From assembly GCA_963730185.1 (NCBI GenBank), contig CAVSQW010000001.1:1-64000 (forward strand): DNA of 64,000 bases, in the 5' to 3' direction. A program made the translations under genes and the position numbers. This stretch comes from an uncultured Gemmatimonadales bacterium. Lineage in GTDB: Bacteria > Gemmatimonadota > Gemmatimonadetes > Gemmatimonadales > GWC2-71-9. This document shows, one piece after another, positions 56,993 to 64,000 of the stretch. Numbering within the stretch: position 1 is the stretch's first letter; each line of letters opens with the position of its first letter. The notes under the pieces were generated by a model, which worked only from the letters and a program-made list of their open reading frames with translations, searched no databases and was not told the DNA's origin.

Positions 56993-57171
56993 TCACGCTT
57001 CTGGTCATGGCGGCTTACGCAGTGCTGTTGGGCGCCCTGCTGGTGCTGATCGTGGCCAGTCTGGGGGCCCTTCGGGAGGGGATCCGCCAGCGAGGCCGGA
57101 TCCGCGGGCTGCTGATGACCCTTGGGGTCCTGGCCGCCTCGGTGATCGCGATCTGGGCCCTACTCGTGTAA
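56989..57171 (+). CDS. Small 2-TM hypothetical protein
   Basis: ATGA overlap with the upstream gene. Two hydrophobic helices. Confidence 0.55.
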   Translation: MITLLVMAAYAVLLGALLVLIVASLGALREGIRQRGRIRGLLMTLGVLAASVIAIWALLV

Positions 57172-57182
57172 CGGAGGGTGCC

Positions 57183-57650
57183 GTGAGTGACCTGATCATC
57201 CGGCGAGCGCTGATTGGCGACCTCGACGCACTGGTCCCGCTCTTCGACGCCTATCGCGTCTTCTATCGTCGGCCAGCCAACCCTCGGGAGGTCCGCGACT
57301 TCCTCGGTGAGCGCTTTCGCCGGGACGATTCGGTGATCTTCATCGGGTTCCTCCGGGCCGATGACGGGCCGGTCGGCTTCGCGCAGCTTTACCCGGTGCC
57401 GGCGTCGGTTTCGCTGGGCCGCGCCTGGATTCTGAACGACCTGTTCGTGGCGCCGTCGGCCCGGGGCCTGGGGCTGGGTCGGGCGTTGCTCGTTGCGGCC
57501 CGCGGCCACGGGTTGGAGACCTCCGCCCTCTACCTCGAGCTGATGACCGAGCTGAGCAACGCCGCCGCCCGGCACCTCTACGAGGCGGAGGGCTGGGTGC
57601 TCGACGAGACGTTCGCGCACTACGAGCTGGATCTCGGTCGGCGTGCCTGA
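57183..57650 (+). CDS. GNAT family N-acetyltransferase
   Basis: LFDAYRVFY, ILNDLFV.PSARGLGLG, N.AA..LYE. Confidence 0.9.
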   Translation: MSDLIIRRALIGDLDALVPLFDAYRVFYRRPANPREVRDFLGERFRRDDSVIFIGFLRADDGPVGFAQLYPVPASVSLGRAWILNDLFVAPSARGLGLGRALLVAARGHGLETSALYLELMTELSNAAARHLYEAEGWVLDETFAHYELDLGRRA

Positions 57651-58413
57651 CCCGGCCGGCTTCAAGGACCACTTCTCCGGTCGGGCGGCGGGGTATGCGG
57701 TCTATCGGCCGCGATATCCCGCCGCCTTGTTCGACTGGCTGGCGGACCAGAGTCCGGCCCGCGAGATGGCCTGGGACTGCGCCACCGGGAGCGGACAGGC
57801 GGCCGGGGAGCTGGCGGGCCGGTTTGCCCGGGTGGTGGCGACCGACGCGAGCGAGGCCCAGATTGGCCGAGCCGTGGCGGCACCGGGGGTGGGGTATCGG
57901 GTGGCCCGGGCCGAGTCCAGCGGCCTCGCCCCCGGGAGCGCCGATCTGGTCACCGTCGCCCAGGCGCTGCACTGGCTCGATCTGCCTCGCTTCTATGCCG
58001 AGGTACGCCGGGTGGCGCGGCCGGGGGCCTTGCTGGCGGTCTGGTGCTACACGGCTCTCCGGATAGATCCGGGGATCGACGAGCTGGTGCGGGAGTTCTA
58101 CGACGGCCCCGTCGGCCCCTACTGGCCCCCCGAGCGGAGCCACGTGGACCAGGGCTATCGGTCGCTCCCCTTTCCCTTCCCCGAGCTCACCGTCCCCCAG
58201 TTCCGGATGGTCTCCGAATGGACGCTGGCCGATCTCTCGGGCTACCTTCGTACCTGGTCGGCCGTCATCCGCTACGAGGCGGAGCACGGCACCGATCCCG
58301 TTGCGCCGGTCGAGGCGGCGCTGGCGCGCCGCTGGGGAGATCCGGCGACCGTGCGCCGGGTCGTATGGCCGCTCAGCTTCCGGGTCGGGCGGATCGGAGC
58401 CCCGGCGGCTTAG
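57643..58413 (+). CDS. Class I SAM-dependent methyltransferase
   Basis: FKDHFS, YRPRYP, WDCATGSGQ, VAQALHW. Confidence 0.9.
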   Translation: MPDPAGFKDHFSGRAAGYAVYRPRYPAALFDWLADQSPAREMAWDCATGSGQAAGELAGRFARVVATDASEAQIGRAVAAPGVGYRVARAESSGLAPGSADLVTVAQALHWLDLPRFYAEVRRVARPGALLAVWCYTALRIDPGIDELVREFYDGPVGPYWPPERSHVDQGYRSLPFPFPELTVPQFRMVSEWTLADLSGYLRTWSAVIRYEAEHGTDPVAPVEAALARRWGDPATVRRVVWPLSFRVGRIGAPAA

Positions 58414-58463
58414 GCCGCTGGGCCCGCCCGCCCGACATCGTTCCGCCGTCCGCAGAGGAAACC

Positions 58464-59051
58464 ATGCGCTCGTTGATCGCCCTCGCCTCGCTCTCGCTCG
58501 TCAGTGCGCCGCTTGCCGCCCAGGCGGGCCGTGCCGCCATTCCGCCGGCCGCTCGGCAGATCGAGTGGGCCGTCGAGGCGGCCCCGGAGCGGATGCGGGC
58601 CGATGCCACGGTGCTCGGTTACCTGCCGGATGGGAAGTTCGTCACCCTGCGGAAGGGGACGGGCGCCTTGGTCTGCCTGGCCGACGATCCCAACACGCCG
58701 AACCACCACGTGTCCTGCTACCACCGGGATCTCGACCCGTTCATGGCCCGGGGCCGTGAGCTCCGGGCGGAAGGCAAGGGAGCCAACGAGGTGCGGGCGG
58801 CCCGCCTCGCGGAGATCAAAGCCGGCCAGCTCAAGCTCCCCACCGCGCCGGCGGTCCTCTATCAGTTCATCGCACCGCCCGGCAGCGCGGATCCCAAGAC
58901 CGGCGCCGTCAAGAACGGCCAGTACATGTCGGTCGTCTACATCCCCTACGCCACCAGCGAGAGCACCGGCCTCTCGGTCCGGCCGGCCAAAGGGCAGCCC
59001 TGGCTGATGGACCCCGGCTTGCCCTGGGCGCACATCATGATCACCCCCTGA
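58464..59051 (+). CDS. Hypothetical secreted protein
   Basis: Signal peptide, LVCLAD, SCYH..L.PFM.RGREL, STGL, PWLM...AHIM. GAGG RBS. Confidence 0.75.
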   Translation: MRSLIALASLSLVSAPLAAQAGRAAIPPAARQIEWAVEAAPERMRADATVLGYLPDGKFVTLRKGTGALVCLADDPNTPNHHVSCYHRDLDPFMARGRELRAEGKGANEVRAARLAEIKAGQLKLPTAPAVLYQFIAPPGSADPKTGAVKNGQYMSVVYIPYATSESTGLSVRPAKGQPWLMDPGLPWAHIMITP

Positions 59052-59057
59052 GAACGG

Positions 59058-60422
59058 TCAGCGCGGCAGTCCCTCGTTGGCGACCACGTAGGCCATGACC
59101 GCCATCGCGGCGGCGTTCATGGCGACCTCGCGGGGATCGAGCTTGTCGACGTTGTCGGCCGGGGTGTGATGGTACCAGAAGTAGCGTGACTCGTCGACGT
59201 TGTGGCTCATGCCGGGTACGCCCTCGCCCATGATCGGGCCGATGTCGGCGCCCCCACCGGCCGGGAGGATGGAGTCAGCCCCGATCCGGTGGAGCATCCC
59301 CGCCACCTGACGGACGATCGCGCGGGCCGAGTCCGAGCCGGTGAAGCCGAACCCGATCGGACGGAACACGCCGCCGTCCGACTCGATGGCCAGCACGTGC
59401 TTGGGGAGCTCGTCGCGATGAGCGTCGCGATACGCCTGACCGCCCCGCCCACCGTTCTCCTCGTTGACCCACCCCACCACCCGCACGGTTCGCTTCGGGC
59501 GGAGACCCAGCTGGTGCATCAGCCGGACCGCTTCCCAGGCGATGATCACCCCGCCGCCGTCGTCCATGGCGCCGGTGCCCACGTCCCAGGAATCGATGTG
59601 CCCGCCAATCACCACGATCTCGTCCGGACGCTCACTGCCGCGAATCTCGGCCATCACGTTTCGGGACGGGGCATCCGGCAGAGTCGCCGCCTCCATCTGG
59701 ACTTTCACCACGATCCGGTCGCCCCGGTCCTGCATCCGGTGGAGCATGGCCGCGTCTTCCATGGTGATCGCGAAGCCGGGGATCTTCCGGACCGACTCGT
59801 CGTAGCGCATGGCGCCGGTGTGCGGGGTCCGCATGCTGAACGGTCCCACCGAGCGGATCATGCTGGCCACGGCCCCCAGCTTGGCCGCTTCGATCGCCCC
59901 GTTTCCCCGGTACTGGACCGTCTGGCCGTAGTTCGTGAAGGGCACGTCGAACAGCACGACCTTGCCGGGCACGTCGGCGGCATGTGACTGGAGATCGTCG
60001 AAGCTGGTGACCACCAGCACGGGGGCGGTGATCCCGCCCGGCGGCGTCCCGACGCTCCCGCCGAGCCCGAGCATCGGGAGGGCACCGAAGCGCGGCTGGA
60101 CCATCTCCGCCGACTCTCGGCCCCGCACCCAGTGGGGGACCATGACCGGCTCGGTCCGGACGTTCTCGAGGCCCTCGTCCTTCATCCGCTGGGCAACCCA
60201 GTCGATGGCCCGCTCCAGGGCGGCCGATCCGCTCAGCCGGGGCCCGAACCGGTCGGCCAGCTCGGCCAGCTTGTTCCAGGCGGCGCTGTCGGCCAGGGCC
60301 GCGTCGATCAGGCGGTCCGCGGCGGCCTGGTTGCGCCGCTGCAGGGCGGTGGGCCGGGCCTGTTGGGCGGCGGCGGGAGCGGCCAGCGCCAAGGCGAAAA
60401 GGAGCGATAGCGGTCGACGCAT
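59058..60422 (-). CDS. M28 family carboxypeptidase Q-like metallopeptidase, secreted
   Basis: GPRLSGS, GGHIDSWD, AMDDGGG, NEENG, ESDGG, YHHT.AD. Confidence 0.92.
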   Translation of the reverse strand: MRRPLSLLFALALAAPAAAQQARPTALQRRNQAAADRLIDAALADSAAWNKLAELADRFGPRLSGSAALERAIDWVAQRMKDEGLENVRTEPVMVPHWVRGRESAEMVQPRFGALPMLGLGGSVGTPPGGITAPVLVVTSFDDLQSHAADVPGKVVLFDVPFTNYGQTVQYRGNGAIEAAKLGAVASMIRSVGPFSMRTPHTGAMRYDESVRKIPGFAITMEDAAMLHRMQDRGDRIVVKVQMEAATLPDAPSRNVMAEIRGSERPDEIVVIGGHIDSWDVGTGAMDDGGGVIIAWEAVRLMHQLGLRPKRTVRVVGWVNEENGGRGGQAYRDAHRDELPKHVLAIESDGGVFRPIGFGFTGSDSARAIVRQVAGMLHRIGADSILPAGGGADIGPIMGEGVPGMSHNVDESRYFWYHHTPADNVDKLDPREVAMNAAAMAVMAYVVANEGLPR

Positions 60423-60538
60423 TTCGAGGATACCCTGGGTGAGGGGGAAGGCCTCAAAGGTAAACCCGGGCCTTTCGCCACCGCCCGGGCGGGCCGAGAT
60501 TGGGGGTGAAGACGCGGACCGATAACCCGGAGGTCGAC

Positions 60539-61051
60539 GTGATCGAAGTCCTGTTGCTGGCCGCTTCCCTGGGGTGCGGCGGTACCCCGATGACTCAGCA
60601 GCTCCCTCCGAGTCGCTACCGTGATCGGGCGCCCGAGATCGACACCCTCGGCGTGTCGAGCTTCGTCCGGCACCCGGCCGGCCGGGTGTGGGTGGTGCTC
60701 CCGGCCGTCTTCAAGGATCTCGGGCTCGACCTGAACTACCGGGTCCCCGAGGAGCACCGGACCGGCACCTGCTATCAGAAGGTCCGAAGCCGCCTCGGCC
60801 GGGCCGTGCTCTCCGACCTGATGGATTGCGGTGACACCCGGTCCCTGCCCAACGCCGATCGCTACGAGATCGCCCTCACCGTGATCGTCACCCTCGAAGC
60901 CCAGGGCGACGGGACGGCAGTGCACACCTTCGTGTTGGGGGTCGGTCTCGACGACTCGGGTGTCGCCAGCGGCAGGATCTGGTGCTATTCGAAGGGCGTC
61001 CTCGAACAGCGAGTCTCCGACATGATCCAGGCCCAGCTGGCCGCCGGCTAG
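60539..61051 (+). CDS. Hypothetical (lipo)protein
   Basis: LLLAASLGC lipobox-like segment, DCG and C.SKG.LE. GGAGG RBS before GTG. Confidence 0.65.
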   Translation: MIEVLLLAASLGCGGTPMTQQLPPSRYRDRAPEIDTLGVSSFVRHPAGRVWVVLPAVFKDLGLDLNYRVPEEHRTGTCYQKVRSRLGRAVLSDLMDCGDTRSLPNADRYEIALTVIVTLEAQGDGTAVHTFVLGVGLDDSGVASGRIWCYSKGVLEQRVSDMIQAQLAAG

Positions 61052-61540
61052 TCAGGGCTCGCGGCAATACCGCCCGCCGGCGCACCGCTCAGCGATGAAC
61101 GACTCGGCGGCCAGCCGCCACCGGCCGTCGAGTCGGCGCCATTGGGCGAGGTAGCGCCCGGTCACCCGGACCGGGCCGTCCGGGTCAGTCCAATCGCCCT
61201 GCCATTGGCCCGATTCCGTCGCCATGTCCCAGGCCGGCAGCACTGTCACGACTTCCGGGGTGCGACGATAGCGTTCGTCGGCGTGCTGTCGGATGCCCGC
61301 CTCGAAGAGGGCTCGATAGGCGGCACGCCCGACCGTGGCGGTGCCGCGCGAGGTGATCACCCGGATCGAGTCGGTCCAGTCGTCGCCCAGGTGGTCGAGA
61401 TCGTGCCGAGTGATCGCCAGGTTGAAGCGTTCTCGGGCAGCCCGGATCTGGGCTTCGTCGCCCGAGGCCTGAGCCCCGACCGAACCGGCGACGCACGCCG
61501 CCGTCAGGAGGAGCACGCCGACGGTCTTTCCCTGCGACAT
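61052..61540 (-). CDS. Secreted NTF2-like (DUF4440/SnoaL-like) protein
   Basis: Signal peptide, FN.AI..HD, E.G.W.G, GRYLAQWRR..GRW. Confidence 0.75.
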   Translation of the reverse strand: MSQGKTVGVLLLTAACVAGSVGAQASGDEAQIRAARERFNLAITRHDLDHLGDDWTDSIRVITSRGTATVGRAAYRALFEAGIRQHADERYRRTPEVVTVLPAWDMATESGQWQGDWTDPDGPVRVTGRYLAQWRRLDGRWRLAAESFIAERCAGGRYCREP

Positions 61541-61649
61541 CCCCGCCTCCTTTCCCCGTTTGCCGGGGTTCCGTTTTGACGCTACTCTCCCTCCACCTTC
61601 GTCCCCGTCACCCCGCATCGAACCATCCCCTCCGAGGAGACCGTTCCGG

Positions 61650-63495
61650 ATGCCGAACCTCGCTTCGTCGCGCGTCGGGATCGTCGTCGGCGTGCTGGTT
61701 GCCTTGGGCGCGACCGCGCTCCCCGGTCAAGCGGCCGGCGGTCCGATCGCGCCGCCGCCCGCCAAGTATGAGGTGACCGTCGACCGGGGCGTGATGATCC
61801 CGATGCGGGATGGGGTTCGGCTGGCGGCCAACATCTCTCGGCCCGTCGGCCTGACCGGCCGTCTCCCGGTGGTGCTGATGCGCACCCCGTACAACAAGGA
61901 AGTGTACGCCGGCTCGACCCGCCCCGCCGCCTTTTGGGCCGGGCAGGGATACATGGTCGTGAGCCAGGACGTGCGAGGTCAGTTCGCCTCGGAGGGTGAC
62001 TATCGCGTCCAGCTGATGGATGCCCGCGACGGGTACGACACCATCGACTGGATCGTGAAGCAGCCCTGGGCCACCGACAAGGTCGGCACCTACGGGTGCA
62101 GCTATCTCGGCGAAGTGCAGTATCTCCTTTCCCGGATGCACCACCCCAACCATGCCGCCATGATCGCCCAGGCCGCCAGCGGAGCAACTGGTCCGGCGGG
62201 CGGTTTCTATACTAATTTCGGGACCTACGAGGGCGGCGCGCTCACCCTCTCCACGATCTTCGGCTGGTTCGGGCTGGCCGGTCACAAGGTCCGGCATCCA
62301 CCCGACTATCAACTCGGCTCCACGCACTACGAGTTCGATTTCGCGACCATGCTCCGGTCGCTCCCGATCGTGACCATGGCCAAGCGGGCGGGCTATCCAC
62401 CGTCCGACTTCGAGGACTTCGTGTCGCACCCGCCGGCCGATCCCTATTGGCGGGCGGTGGGCTACCTCGAGTGACGAGGATCGGTTCGATACCCCGGCCC
62501 TCCACGTCAACTCATGGCTCGACGTGACCCCTGAGCAGACGATGTACGTCTTCAACCTGATGCGCCGGAACGCGCTCTCGGCCCGGGGCCGCGATCATCA
62601 GTACGCCATCATGTCGCCCACGACCCACTGCGCCTCGGAGGCGGCCACCGAGCACACCCGGATCGGCGACCTGGACGTGGGCGACGCCCGGTACGACTAC
62701 TGGGATGTCTACCTGGCGTGGTTCGATCACTGGCTCCGCGGAGCCGACAACCACGTCACCGACCGTCCCAAGGTGACCTACTACGTCATGCACGACGGCT
62801 GGCGCGAGGCGGCCGCCTGGCCGATTCCCGGGACGAAGGTCACACCGTACTACCTCTCCAGTGCCGGCCACGCCAACACCGGCACGGGCGACGGAATCCT
62901 GACGACGGCCCGGCCCGGCCGGTCCGCGAGCGATACCTACACCTACGACCCCGGCGACCCGTTTCCCTCGCGAGGCGGTACCATCTGCTGCACCGGTAAC
63001 CCCAACGACCAACCGGGCATCTTCGACCAATCCGACCTCGAGACCCGGTCCGACTTGCTGGTGTACACTTCGGCGCCGCTCGCGGACGGACTCACGATCG
63101 CGGGGCCCGTGCACCTGGTGCTCTCCGTGTCGTCGGACGCCCGGGACACGGACTTCACCGCCAAGCTGCTCGACGTTGACCCCGCCGGGCACGCGTGGAA
63201 CGTGTTGAACGGCGTCAAGCGGGCCCGGTATCGTGAGGGGATGGCGCACCCGGTCTGGATGCGCAAGGGCGAGAGCTACCGGGTGGAGGTGAGTCTCAAG
63301 GCCACCGCGTACCGGTTCGCGCCCGGCCACCGGGTCCGGCTCTGGATCTCGAGCAGCGACTTTCCGCTCTACGATCGGAATCTCAACACCGGCGGCAACA
63401 ACTACGGCGAGACCACCTGGGTGAAGGCGACCAATACGATCCACCTGGGTGGCGCGCGCGCCTCCCAACTGCTCCTGCCGGTCCAGCCCCGATGA
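61650..63495 (+). pseudogene. CocE/NonD (S15-like) hydrolase interrupted by a +1 frameshift near 62469
   Basis: PMRDGVRL, RTPY, DVRG, GCSYLG in frame 1. Removing one base joins GYL to SDEDRFDTPALHVNSWLD and the C-terminal PepX-like domain (RNLNTG). True lesion or sequencing error. Confidence 0.8.
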
Positions 63496-64000
63496 CGAAG
63501 ACCTGGCGCTCGCTTTGGCTGGTGGCCGCGGGGAGCGGCCTGACCGTGGCCGTCCTGAGCGGCCTGACCGTGGCCGCCCTGAGCGGCCTGACCGCCTCGT
63601 CCCTCGCTGCCCAGGCCCCGACCGATCGCTTCGCGCCGCCGCCGGCCGAGAACGAATACTCGATCCAGAAGAACGTCATGATTCCGATGCGGGACGGCGT
63701 TCTGCTGGCCGCCGACCTCTATCTGCCAAAGACGACCTCGGCCCGCCTTCCCGTGATCGTGCTCCGGACGCCGTACGACAAGGACACCTATCGGGGCTCG
63801 ACCCAGCCGGCCGACTTCTTTGCCAGGCGCGGCTTTGCCGTGGTCTCGGAGGACGTGCGGGGGAAGGGACACTCCGAGGGTGAATACCAGGTCGAGGCCA
63901 CCGACCGGCCCGACGGCTACGACACCATCGATTGGGCGGCGTCGCAACCGTGGTCGACCGGCAAGGTGGGCACCTACGGGTGCTCGTACCTGGGCGAGGT
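63492..64000 (+). CDS. Second CocE/NonD hydrolase, partial (runs off window)
   Basis: Manual translation: MTKTWRSL...IPMRDGVLLAADLY...RTPYDK...DVRG...GTYGCSYLGE. ATGA overlap. Confidence 0.88.
   Translation, partial: MTKTWRSLWLVAAGSGLTVAVLSGLTVAALSGLTASSLAAQAPTDRFAPPPAENEYSIQKNVMIPMRDGVLLAADLYLPKTTSARLPVIVLRTPYDKDTYRGSTQPADFFARRGFAVVSEDVRGKGHSEGEYQVEATDRPDGYDTIDWAASQPWSTGKVGTYGCSYLGE
63533..63594 (+). repeat. In-frame 24-bp tandem repeat (about 2.6 copies) in a signal peptide
   Basis: GAGCGGCCTGACCGTGGCCG(T/C)CCT repeated, encoding SGLTVA(V/A)L. Confidence 0.9.

Noticed and set aside
62472..62474. Selenocysteine or stop-codon readthrough at TGA
   Set aside because: Homology continues in the +1 frame, not in frame. 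The in-frame continuation is non-homologous and soon stops.

Overview
High-GC bacterial chromosomal window, densely coding. Gene content and style suggest Gemmatimonadota (inference, not database-checked). No rRNA, tRNA, CRISPR array or intact mobile element was seen. Main content: (i) a complete clade II nitrous-oxide reductase cluster (cyt c, nosZ, nosB, nosL, nosD, nosF, nosY) with a divergent Rrf2 regulator; (ii) a six-gene cluster of unknown product with two esterases, an ATP-grasp ligase, a circularly permuted ATP-grasp ligase, a YbdK-type ligase and a PuuD-like amidohydrolase; (iii) a CarH/LitR-like B12 regulator divergent from a fasciclin gene; (iv) a TPP riboswitch-thiC unit, mtnP-apt-mtnA and a convergent aldolase/SDR fusion; (v) many secreted peptidases/amidases, three Ser/Thr dehydratase-like paralogues, a tryptophanase-like enzyme, aconitase X and a Tat-type LanC-like protein. 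The most novel-looking signal is an unannotated ~120-nt candidate sigma54-driven small RNA (about 13025-13142, minus strand) with four exposed C-runs and its own terminator. Also noted: a probable chimeric junction near 465 (pntA fragment against a headless peptidase), a psuG remnant, a frameshifted CocE/NonD gene and a tail-anchored histone-like protein. All calls come from motif recognition by eye. Start codons were chosen manually and some are uncertain.
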